DNA from: Balanoglossus misakiensis
Lineage: Eukaryota > Animalia > Hemichordata
Assembly (NCBI GenBank): GCA_040954595.2
Contig: CM082576.2
Coordinates: forward strand, 15,175,028 to 15,239,027
Direction of reading: 5' to 3'
DNA: 64,000 nucleotides
Both the position numbers and the translations under genes were made by a program. The notes under the pieces were generated by a model. It ran no database searches, had not been told where the DNA came from, and saw nothing but the letters and a program-made list of their open reading frames with translations. Within the stretch, counting starts at the first letter, position 1, and each line of letters begins with the position of its first letter. This document shows, in pieces, positions 33,431 through 44,105 of this stretch.

Positions 33431-33866
33431 AAGTAATTTTTTCACACAAAATTTACAAATGAAGGTTCATCAGTGGATTTTTCATTTTGTTGTTGTAATC
33501 ATTCTTTTTTCCATTCCTGCCGTTTGAGGGCTCTGATGTAAATTACAGTTTACTTTGTAACACATATAATAAAACGTTGGGTGCTTCCTCGCCTTTGCAC
33601 AAAAAGAGCATGCTTCCGAGATGATGTGTTCAGTAAAATTTGATGACAATTTACAACTTTACATATTGATTACGTGGCGACGAACGATACCGTAGCTGGG
33701 TTTGAGGTGTCTGCTAGTAAACGAGGATCACATTATTTTGATCATGTATCTAGTTCTAACAAACGTGTTCCAAGGACAACAAGATGGAGATAGAACAGAA
33801 GACCGAGACCAGCAGAGACTGCTAGGCTCGGCGCCCAGTGTAGGGAAGTGTCAGCTCGTTTAGGAA

Positions 33867-34184
33867 ATGGAGGACTTCAGCTCAGTGGTGAGTGGAATGC
33901 TTGGGGCAGAATGGGCACCAGACAACGATGCCAGGCCCCAACTTGCAAAAGTTCTCGATAGAGGGAAGGGAATGTTGAAAATACATTGGCTTGTGGGGAG
34001 CTATAATGGCGTATGGAAGGAGGCGTACCATGGCGTGGGAGCCCGAAAGACACCATGGCCGGATGATATCCCAGTACAGCCATGTATTTTATGGGATTTT
34101 ACATTCACAAAGAGAAACCACCTTAAGAAGGCAACAGTTGATGAGTTAAAAAAGAAATATTTTGAACTTGACACAGTAAGGTAA
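33867..34184 (+). pseudogene. C-terminal fragment of an uncharacterised, probably transposon-associated protein
   Basis: Protein-like frame (RPQLAKV..IHWLVGSYNGVW..ILWDFTFTK) with a natural-looking end but no upstream exons. Confidence 0.4.
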
Positions 34185-34869
34185 AGACCCACTCTTTGCA
34201 TTCAAATATACTGGTACTTGATGTGATGGAGTTTGTTAAGGTTTACTTTGTTTTCGTGGCCAGGTGCACCTATGTCGCTTACTCATTTACATATAAGCGT
34301 GACCAGGTGTTGAATTGATTAGTTTCGCTCATATAAAAGCCACGCGTTGCCACGTTGTCGTGTTGCTGAATTGATACTGGTCTAGTAGCCTCGCCGTCGC
34401 CTTGTGGCGGAGTTTGGATCCAACTTTGCGGTAATTTGCCTGTCTTCTGTGGTGCCTATATTAGTATGAAGATTGTGACTGCAGTCGGAACTTTGTGAAG
34501 CCCGGTGGTCGTCGAGAAGCCGTGATTGATGTTTTTCAAGTACGCCGTGTGAATTTGTCGTCCTGAGGGTGCGAGTTTCCGTGTCGCTGGTACTACGCTG
34601 TGTGGAGGAAGCCTTTAAAATTGGTGAAGGAAACTATTCTAAATGGGGAAAGTGTTAATACCCTTTTAGATTATGTCAGTGCAGTTAAGGAGCGTTTCAC
34701 CACCGAGGAACTTCTCCTTGACATGGACTCAACCGCATTCAAGGTCCTCGACTACCACGCCCTTGCCCTGTTACCATCAACAACCAAAACAACAACAACA
34801 ACAACAACAACAACCACCACCTGCCGCCTCCAACATCCAGCCCACCGCGATGGAACAATTTGTACCAGG

Positions 34870-35403
34870 CTCCCTTACCATTTCTGTTACAGCTATTTTC
34901 TCCTACTTTCATATTCTGTTTGTTTTAATCGTTCTTTTATATTTGAAATTTAGACGATTGAGTCAGACTCTTGTACTCATGACGCAGCCTAAGTCAGTTC
35001 AAAGTCTCTATATAAAGTATATTGAACCTTTTAATCCTTTGAATCTTACTTCTGTAATCCGAGAAGAAGTTGATCCTGCTAGTTTTACTACTACATTGGA
35101 TTTGATTGTTAAACTCTTTGTTGCTATAATAATTGGGTATATTTTTGTTAAGAAAGCTAGAGTCTGCATTAATTTTATTTCTCGAAGATGTTCATTGTGT
35201 CCGGTGATTTCAGTATTTCGTCCTAAATATTCCTTGTTTTTAGAATTCACATCGGCTGACAGTACCATGTTGATCTTTGTTAAGTCGATATATTTTGCTT
35301 CTTCGACACATATTTCACCGTTATCTCGTAAAGATCTCATTTTCACCTCTAAAGGGTGTTTCTCTAAAGAAATGGAAGTAGATTGGGGATGTTTTTACTC
35401 AAT
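34870..35403 (+). pseudogene. Probable Gypsy env C-terminal fragment, continued at 39155-39596 beyond the Ngaro insertion
   Basis: Two hydrophobic segments, then LFLEF..VDW; continues LQLPSTF..IRILIG. Resemblance to invertebrate Gypsy env tails is from memory. Confidence 0.5.
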
Positions 35404-35914
35404 TAAACCACACAAAACTCAATCAGACTTTGGTGTCAGGGAGGCTTTATTACACTACAGCATCTTAACACTAACTATAAAACTACATCTACTGCCCCCA
35501 TACTATAAAATGTATACAAAAAGCAAAAGACAAGCGAAAATACAAACATGTCATGAAAGATGACGTTGTACAAAGTCAAGCAACTACAAGGCAGAGGGAT
35601 GGGAGGGTGGGTGAAAAGCAAAACGCTATGACAATGTGAAAGCAGCGTGTACAAGCAGTGCCGCCTGTAAAAGTACTGAGCCAAGAGGCGGACAGTGGCC
35701 TTCCCTGATAGGCTGAAAGTTGGTCATGTGAGGGTCTCGGAGCTTGCGTGATTTAAACACCGCTCAAAGAGCTAGTACTTAAACCACACAAAACTCAATC
35801 AGACTTTGGTGTCAGGGAGGCTTTATTACACTACAGCATCTTAACACTAACTATAAAACTACATCTACTGCCCCAAACTCCAAATAGATTACTAGAAAGT
35901 ACAACATCAAGTAG

Positions 35915-36044
35915 AAGTACAAAAATTCTAAGTAAGACTTCCAGTGGGTACTGTATGTACGCTTTGTATTGGTGGCAAATGCACTGGATATGTATCTGGC
36001 AACTTCCAAGTCAAGCTGTGCTTCCAGCTGCTGGACTTCTGAAT
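35915..36044 (-). pseudogene. N-terminal stub of tyrosine recombinase
   Basis: Overlapping frame EVQQLEAQLDLEVARYISSAFATNTKRTYSTHWKSYLEF, then abrupt loss. Confidence 0.7.
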
Positions 36045-37676
36045 CTGTGGGATAAGTGCCAGCAAAGCCATTCTAGACATATGAGCAGGTAATGAATTGT
36101 AGGTACAGATAGGGTGATAAACACCCCCTGGATCAAACAGTGAATGCAAACGTAACAGCTGACCCGGCTCATGTAGTCTAGAAATCGCATCTGGAATATT
36201 GTTCAGTTTGCCAGGAACATACACTGCATGCACAGAGAAATTGAAAACAGCAGATAACCAAAACAGTGAACGCAGGCTATCCATAATTACAGCATGTTTT
36301 GAAATTCCTTTGTTTATTATATGCATGGCTGTAATATTGTCTGTATGAAGTATCACCTTGTGATTAGCCCAGTATGGGGCCCACCTGAGAGCAGCTAATA
36401 AGAGAACCAAAGTCTCCTTGTAATTAATATGCAAATTAGCAGCTTTAGGCCACTCACACCATGGAAAGTAAAGCCAGTCATTTTTAAACCAAGCCCCAGC
36501 AGCTTTACCAGATGCATCTGTATGGACATCAGTAATAGGTGCACGATTTAAAAACCTGACACTACCATTAAACTGTGGTAAGAAAGCAATCCACCAGTCT
36601 AAATCTGCAAAAAAATCATTACACAATAATATTTTGTGTGTGGGTTTGTTAAGCTTGCCTATGCAATCTATTATTCTCCGGAGGAAAGTTCTACCTCCAT
36701 AAATAACTTGACAGGCCCAATTTAGCTTCCCAGCAAGGGACTGCAGCTGGCGGCGTGATGCACGTTTCTTGTTGCGAAACGAGAGCAGCAGGCGGAAGAA
36801 TTCATGTAATTTAGCAGGCGGCAAAGACAGTGTAAGATTCACACTGTCAATAAGGACTCCTAGAAAAACCAAACGCTGGGTAGGGCCCTCCACTTTGTGC
36901 CATGCAATGGCAAAACCCAATTTGCGGAGAAGTTTGATGAGGATATTCAATGCTTTTTGACATTCCTCATATGTGTCAGCAACAATTAAGAAATCATCTA
37001 AATATACTACAACACTATCTATACCTTGACGAGCAAGCATTCTGCGGACAGCTTGAGTTATGCGGTGGAAAATCATGGGAGCTCGTTTTGCTCCAAAAGG
37101 TAACCTTGTATCATACATATATGTCGGCTTCTTTGAGTCAGAAAAAGCCCATTTAAGACCAGTAAACTTGTAATTTGACGGATGGATGCGCACCGACCTA
37201 TACGCAGACTTGAGGTCCACCTTGGCCATGAAAGAGCCGGGTTTAATAAGATTGATGGCCTCTTGTAAGGTTTGGTACGAGAAAGAGGGTGCATCAGCAA
37301 AATCATTGATAGCTGACCCTGGGGGACGACTACAATCGTGTATGAGGCGAACACCATTAGACTGTGGCTTAGGTATTGCTCCTATAGCACTAACAATGTG
37401 AGGCTTAGTAGGGGTAACAACATAACGCCCTTCCCTAATTTCATCTATAATTTGGCATTCCACTGTACAACTATTCCCTTCATCAGTGGCAGAGCGATAA
37501 TTATCCACCTCCACACGAGACCCAACAGAATTACAATCCAAAATATGAAAGCCATTGTTTATACCATCAAGGAGAAAATCCTTGTCGGGGTCATCAGGGG
37601 CAATCTCAGAGACCCAAGCACCGTAATTTAAACTATGGGGGTTGGGTGGAGGGGGAGGCAGGCAGTCTAGTTTTTT
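35928..37676 (-). CDS. DIRS/Ngaro reverse transcriptase-RNase H
   Basis: Uninterrupted frame: RLIHDCS, KVDLKSAYR, LPFG, YLDDF, FLG, TDAS, HINYKE, TDN, DAISR. The frame opens just before the gag stop and has no early ATG. Confidence 0.93.
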   Translation of the reverse strand, partial: KKLDCLPPPPPNPHSLNYGAWVSEIAPDDPDKDFLLDGINNGFHILDCNSVGSRVEVDNYRSATDEGNSCTVECQIIDEIREGRYVVTPTKPHIVSAIGAIPKPQSNGVRLIHDCSRPPGSAINDFADAPSFSYQTLQEAINLIKPGSFMAKVDLKSAYRSVRIHPSNYKFTGLKWAFSDSKKPTYMYDTRLPFGAKRAPMIFHRITQAVRRMLARQGIDSVVVYLDDFLIVADTYEECQKALNILIKLLRKLGFAIAWHKVEGPTQRLVFLGVLIDSVNLTLSLPPAKLHEFFRLLLSFRNKKRASRRQLQSLAGKLNWACQVIYGGRTFLRRIIDCIGKLNKPTHKILLCNDFFADLDWWIAFLPQFNGSVRFLNRAPITDVHTDASGKAAGAWFKNDWLYFPWCEWPKAANLHINYKETLVLLLAALRWAPYWANHKVILHTDNITAMHIINKGISKHAVIMDSLRSLFWLSAVFNFSVHAVYVPGKLNNIPDAISRLHEPGQLLRLHSLFDPGGVYHPICTYNSLPAHMSRMALLALIPQIQKSSSWKHSLTWKLPDTYPVHLPPIQSVHTVPTGSLT

Positions 37677-38899
37677 GATTCGCTTGCTACTTTTTCTTCA
37701 TCATTTGGATGAGATGACTTCGGGTGCTGTTTGCGACACTCCAAACAGATGTGGGCATATGTACATCTATTACCAAACGTACAATTACCTTTGTTGAAAC
37801 CAATGCATATTGGCCTACCTGTTTTTGCATCTAATGGTGCAGGCAAAACACCCTTTCCCTCGTTAATATTCCCACTAGGGCCAGGGGCACCCTTACCAGC
37901 TACTTTGTTTGCTATGAATTTCTCCCTCAAGTGTACCGATGACAAATGTTGGGACTCCGTACCCCAAGGGAAATGATAGGCTGCCTGCAACATCCGATAC
38001 TCCCTGTCATAAACTAGGACAGACGCCCACTCATATCTATCAGCCAACTGTGATACTTTCACAGTGTACGCTAGATAATGTTTGATTTGAATAATATCAA
38101 ACGAATGATTAAGAATCAGTTCATATAAGATGCGCGCGTTCGCCGCTGTCCATTGTTGTGGTGTGACAGAGTTCAGCTTAGGTTTGGCGGGACCGGATTC
38201 CAATATCAGCTTACTGCCGCTATCGCCGACCGACAGGACCTGTTGTTCCACTTTCGTTGTGAAGGAACCGGGGACAAAATCAACAATATCCAAGTGTTTC
38301 TGACCTTTAGTCTTGGGTTTTAGGTAAACCAGTGGGTCTAAATCCATACGATCAGGTGTAGCGCATTTAGGCGGCACGTCCGCGTTGGAATTTGCAGCCG
38401 CTGGTTCTGGAGCCAACGCTTTCAGCAAGGTGTCCAGGTTGAAGCTTGCAAGAGGCGTTTCTTCGCTTTTCAATGTAGATACGGGAGGAGCACTGTGGTC
38501 AGAAGAGCTCACGTCTTTACGACAGTCCGCGCCACTGGAGAAACTTGACACATTCCCTGCAACAGTCGGGGCCGCCATCTTGGAAGTCATGTTTTTGGCG
38601 GGACTGGCTTGACCCTGGCCGGGTCCCATCAGCGCGATTATTGCCGCTTCTAACTGTCTGAGCTGGCCCAATGGACTGATTTTCATACTAACCACGTCTT
38701 CAGGCTTGATCAGCCTGACAGCATCCAATGTAACGAAGCCGTGCATACCAAGAACCGACAGTGTGTCCAAAGAAATACCGTATTTTTCTGCCCACAGTTG
38801 CATCTCCAAACATGGTGTCATGGACGATAACAGGCTTGCTGTGTCGACGGTATGGTCTACATGACCAGTCGCAGCTGAGTCGACGCTGGGCTTATCCAT
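37667..38899 (-). CDS. Ngaro ORF1 (gag-like), about 410 aa
   Basis: ATG 38899; SAM-like helix bundle, WASVLVYDREYR core, C-terminal CIGFNKGNCTFGNRCTYAHICLECRKQH zinc finger. Confidence 0.88.
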   Translation of the reverse strand: MDKPSVDSAATGHVDHTVDTASLLSSMTPCLEMQLWAEKYGISLDTLSVLGMHGFVTLDAVRLIKPEDVVSMKISPLGQLRQLEAAIIALMGPGQGQASPAKNMTSKMAAPTVAGNVSSFSSGADCRKDVSSSDHSAPPVSTLKSEETPLASFNLDTLLKALAPEPAAANSNADVPPKCATPDRMDLDPLVYLKPKTKGQKHLDIVDFVPGSFTTKVEQQVLSVGDSGSKLILESGPAKPKLNSVTPQQWTAANARILYELILNHSFDIIQIKHYLAYTVKVSQLADRYEWASVLVYDREYRMLQAAYHFPWGTESQHLSSVHLREKFIANKVAGKGAPGPSGNINEGKGVLPAPLDAKTGRPICIGFNKGNCTFGNRCTYAHICLECRKQHPKSSHPNDEEKVASESKN

Positions 38900-40118
38900 C
38901 ACTACCACTACGTCTGTCGGTGACAGATAGTTCAACCGAAACGTAACTGTAAAAACAGACTCAACAGCGTACGCTAAATATTGCTTGAAAAGCAAAACGC
39001 TATGACAATGTGAAAGCAGCGTGTACAAGCAGTGCCGCCTGTAAAAGTACTGAGCCAAGAGGCGGACAGTGGCCTTCCCTGATAGGCTGAAAGTTGGTCA
39101 TGTGAGGGTCTCGGAGCTTGCGTGATTTAAACACCGCTCAAAGAGCTAGTACTTGAAAAGGCCCACGATGCTAATTGTAAGCCTGTTTACACTTCAGTTG
39201 CCATCGACGTTTACTTTGAGAAGAGGCCAATTTAACCAATGGAAAAATATGGCCGATGATGATATGATTATTAGGATATTAATAGGCAGTTCATACTCTA
39301 ACGTTTATTCGGAGATTTCTGCTCTTTCCCCAAGTTCACAGAGTGTATCTGAAACCCCTACTACTTGTGAAGAATTTGATGATACTGCAGAGTTATTATG
39401 TAATGTTGATTCTGTTGCTACTGATATTGTTAATAAGTCCACAGAAAATGAGATACTCCCACGTCCCATTCGGGTTATTGATATTTTAGATGAACTTGAC
39501 CCCATGGCTTCACGAAAGTCTTTGAAGATAAGGGATGATGACGATAAAAGTAATGTTGAAATAAGTGATAATAATGATAAACGGGTTAAGAAATAAGAAG
39601 TTTACCAAATTAAGCGTGACATTAGGCGAGACCGGGAAACATAAAGTTTCCGAAGTGGAGCAAGTCGAACCAGTCACGGCGAAAACGAAGAAAACCTTGG
39701 CCGCTCCGCCAGCACCACCAGTGTCCAGATACATTCAACGATATTGAGGACGAAGGTCTCAAAAATCGTTTGGAGAAACATTATTCGCCAACACCAAGCG
39801 GGAAACTGACACCGTCCAAAATGCCTATTTCCACTACTTCATGTTGGAGAAGAAGGATGGCTATACAGGTAGGACTATTTGCATTATAAACAACAATAGA
39901 AGAACTCATCAATTTATCATTTGTATTAGTTTCAGCCAAACGTTCAACAATAGAAGAACTCATCCGAGTTGGGAGGAGAGACGGCATGTGGACCGGAATT
40001 ATGAGCCTGCGTGAATCAAAAACAGCTTCAGTGAATACTTGAGGGAAAAGGCAAAGAACGCCCAAAAGAAAAGACTATCTGAGAAGGCCCTTCGGAATTT
40101 TCCAATGGAAATTTTCGT

Positions 40119-40165
40119 TTTAGGGGCCCAAGCCTATCGGGCTTGGGCGCCTATTGGTATATCAC
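40119..40165 (+). mobile_element. Helentron/HINE-like terminal hairpin fragment
   Basis: TTTAGGGGCCCAAGCC-TATCG-GGCTTGGGCGCCTATTG; same motif as 59171. Confidence 0.55.
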
Positions 40166-40765
40166 CCCAACTGACGACCGGCCAAATTGAGTCAGTCAAG
40201 TCTTCCAAATATACATCTGTGTATGCAAGAAACAGCTCCCACCCTTCTCCACAGAGATAACCACTATAAAATGTACACAATGCCACATGAGGATGAAGAC
40301 CTCAAAATTAAAACCCTACATAACCATCCAAATCACCCTACACTTCTACTAACCAATTACACAAACTATTCATACCAACGCACCATGTTCCCCCAGCACA
40401 CACTCACTGACACCGACATCACCGAGGAACTTCTCCTTGACAAGGACTCGACCACATTCAAAGACCTGGACTACCACGTCCTTGCCCTTGTTACCATCAA
40501 CCACCACCCGCCGCCTCCTCTTCTAACATCCAGCCAACACAGCACCACTCCATCACCCGAGCAGTAATGTTAACTGTCACCGACATCTTCAAAACTTCCT
40601 CATAACCTATGGGAAGGAACATTTAGGACAAGTGGAATTTTATTTTCAGTACTGCAACTCCACTGGCTGTAAGAACTGCATCCAAAATTTTGCATTGATT
40701 ACTCAGTTGACACAACTCAATTCCGACTTAAGCGTGTTGTTTTTTGTTTAATAGCTTTTTACAAG

Positions 40766-40913
40766 ATGGATACTTGGTCAGATGATCAGGTTGATCAGCT
40801 TATCGAGAAGTATAGGGAATGTCGGCCTTTATGGGATGTGTCTCATGCAGACTATAAGGACAGAGTTATTAGGGAAAAACTAATAACAGATATCTGTCAG
40901 TCTTGACAAGTCA
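40766..40913 (+). pseudogene. MADF-domain fragment
   Basis: MDTWSDDQVDQLIEKYRECRPLWDVSHADYKDRVIREK, ending near a CAG|GTGAAT donor. Confidence 0.75.
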
Positions 40914-43153
40914 GGTGAATAAGTTTAAAGGTTTATTTCCTAGAGATAACAATGAACAAATAGTATAATTATAGTAGGTAACAATGAATAAATATTATAT
41001 AATCATAGTGGCTGTATCTAATATTTCCAGTATATCTTAATGTACAAATAATTCAAATCATCAGCTTATTTCATTAATATTATTTAAGTTTCTTATACCT
41101 TGACAGGTTTACATCCCATTTGAAAAGTAAAAATGATTACGCGTAGAAGCGTCGCTTGCCGTTCCGAACGTCTGTTCTACGCGTACGCGACCTCTGCTTA
41201 TCACGTGACAATGACGCTACGCGTACTGATCGAACGTATTTACGTGTAACTAAACCTCTCTATTATTTATTTGTAAACTTCCGCTTTGTATTTGAATTAA
41301 ATATGTTAATTTTAGAACTTTTGCACTAATTGCATTTTTTCTTGGTTGTAAGTGTGTGTCTGATGGGAGTTACCATGTGCAGTGCTGACAGATGGGTTGC
41401 CCAATTAAGGACCTCCCTGTTGTACACTACTGAAAGTAGCTGCTTGTTCACTATGTGTATAAGGTTACAAGTACTTCTTTTACCAGATGCGATAATGCCA
41501 TGAATATGCTGTGTATAGGATGTCCTCTATCTAACAGTTTACGCCTTTGTAAATATTGAATCACAATTGCCTTTATGGTGTAGAAAAAGTACCTGAAGAT
41601 ATTACAGTTTGTCTGTATGTGAAAGCTGAAAGAAAGTAAGACACGTCTTCACATATTTACTCCCTTTTCCATAATCATCAAACATGGTATTTATATCTCC
41701 TGCACACAAGTAGTCAAACACATGGAAAAGGTACAAATGTGAACAGAGAAATAGGAGGTACTATGCGGACAAAGATATTACTTTAACATCTTTTACCTGG
41801 TACTTTGCCCAACCTGTTAAATATGCTTTTTGGTAGAGTGATGGTATTCCTTTGTTCCATTGAGAAGATGGCTATGGTAAAAGGAGTCTCAGCATCTGGC
41901 AACATACAGATGTGGAATTCGGCTACTGCCACATCAAGAATATTGATCCTGGTAAGTTGTTTAGGCAGGGTATTATAGCATAACTGCATCTTTCATGCAG
42001 TTAATAGATGCTGTGTAAGCGAAACAATGCACTTCTTTCCATTCAGATCTGTGAATTAGCTGATGTTTTTTTTTGCACTAGATATTCACAGATATCTTGC
42101 TTTCACTCAGACTCATGAACCTTATCAGAAACCAACATGGAGATATTTTTCTTATTTTACAGGAAAATATGTAATGAGGGTAACAAAGGCCCATTTTGTC
42201 AAACTAATACAACATTTAGATTTTCAATATGTTATTTATACTAATCTATTGGTTCAAAATATTGTTAACGTCATAGATTTTGTTGAAGAGGAATATAAAT
42301 GTAGTACTGTGCAACTCTTTTTTTTCTTCAAATCACAGCTACCTAAAATAATTTTGGACACAAAACAACAATTCGCCGTAGTACGGGCATGATTTTATTT
42401 TTGGATGGAGTCGTTCTTAATTTTTCTTTCTGTGTGCACCACTGATATTGTCGTTCTTTTCCTGGAATCTATTTAGACCTAAAATAATTTCGAAAAAAAC
42501 CGCCACGCATATTCCTTTCTATTTGAAATAAGTTTGGCATTAACGACGTGCCGTAGTACGGGCATGATTTTATTTTTGGGTGTCGTTCTATTTTATGTTC
42601 ACAAACGGCCCGTTGAAGATACCATGACAATTAAGTTTTTGCCTTTTCCTGTGTACAATAGCTGAACTAAAACCAGTCCTCGTAGGCCTCTGCCATCACA
42701 TCTGGATTAAATCGAGTGCAATTCTTCCAGGTTTTGTGTGCGTGGTTGTTTGTGGAGTTATCTTCAGGTGCGACCCTGTATACCGTACATCCTAGCTCTA
42801 GAATGTTCAGTCTACACCAGGTTGAGCTGTGTCGTGCTGTGTTTTGCGGTGGTGTGTTTATTTTTATGTTATTTACACTTTTAATGAGCGACTGAGTTAC
42901 TCATAAAACAAATCATATGATTAAATTTTCACCGGGACTCAATATTTTACAGCCATGTAGAAATGTGTTCTGTGTTGTGTTGGTGTCCTTTGAATAAACA
43001 ACGACTGGGAGATGATTGTGTGATTATTATATTTTTTTGTTTTATTTTATTTTATTATTTATTTTTTAGGGTCATCATCCACGGCCAACACCCAGTAGCT
43101 GTTATACACAGAACTCGGGAGATGTGTCCAGGCAGTCGATCATAATTTGACCT

Positions 43154-43637
43154 CTATTTGGCTAGAGTGAGAGAAAAAAAACAACAGTAGAATATTAATT
43201 AAGATACATTTATATATCTACGAACTCACGACACTTGGAGAAAACCGAACCGATTACATCAGTCGACAGGTCATTTGTTTCTTCTTTATAGTTCTTTGGT
43301 TTTCTGTATGTAGTGTACTGTCGTGTACTGTCATGCACTGTATTGTATTGTACTGTCTATTCAACTGCAATGTCAGAAATATACATGACCTAATATTTTC
43401 GGAAAATTGATGGGCATGATCGGAATTGTATTAATTGAATGCTAGAATTTGCTAGCAGTTTCTTTATCAACAAAAATGACTTACGTCTACGGTGGCGGCC
43501 TGTCTTTGTCTGGCTCCGGCTCCGGCTCCGGCTCCGCCACCACCTCCTTGGATGACCCTGCGATCAGCATCATCAACAGCGTTCCCAGAAACGGATATAA
43601 TCATCAGAACAGCGAGGATAATAACCAACTTCGTCAT
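43154..43637 (-). CDS. Small secreted-peptide precursor gene or recent pseudogene (coding exons 43485-43637, 43230-43303, 43154-43161)
   Basis: Signal peptide MTKLVIILAVLMIISVSGNA; canonical GT-AG junctions; UTR exon 44001 to about 44075; AATAAA cluster at about 43041-43064. Confidence 0.6.
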
Positions 43638-44097
43638 GATCAATGCTGCAATGCAGACTATGGGGTCCCTGAAATTAGAAATTCGAGTCGTTAATGTGCT
43701 TCGTCTGGTAGACTTTTTCAGATCGATCTCAAATTTAATTGTACTTTATTACCCAGCATTGCAGAATCAGAATCTAAAGACTTGAAAGTCATGGATTCTC
43801 CGGTTACATCAATGCAAAAAAAGAGAAAGTCGTTCCCTACGGTATGCTTTTGTGTAAATCCTTGTCTTGCACACAATTAAATGCAGAGCACCATGACAAA
43901 CTCCAAAATGTCTACCAAGTGAGATTATTCAGAAACTGAATATATAATGCACTGTATTGAATGTATGCTTCAGAGAAAACATAACAATTGCGAGACTTAC
44001 TTTGATTCCGGTGTGTTCCCGCAGTTTTCTTGAGTGCACAGCTGTTGTGGCTCCTGACGAATGTAAGATGAGTGTTACTGGATATTCAGATCTCCTC

Positions 44098-44105
44098 TTT
44101 ATATA
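44098..44105 (-). promoter_or_regulatory. TATA box of the small peptide gene
   Basis: TATATAAA about 27 nt upstream of CCAGT and about 100 nt upstream of the GTAAGT donor at 44000. Confidence 0.55.

Larger units (their letters stand above)
35403..39154 (-). mobile_element. Ngaro-type (DIRS order) retrotransposon with split direct repeats; tyrosine recombinase deleted
   Basis: A1 38986-39154 matches A2 35612-35780; B1 35779-35874 matches B2 35403-35498; order A1-gag-RT/RH-(YR stub)-B1-A2-B2. Confidence 0.93.

Noticed and set aside
34673-35563. 296-aa ORF as a single gene
   Set aside because: Chimera of a poly-Q fragment, an env-like fragment and the Ngaro terminal repeat
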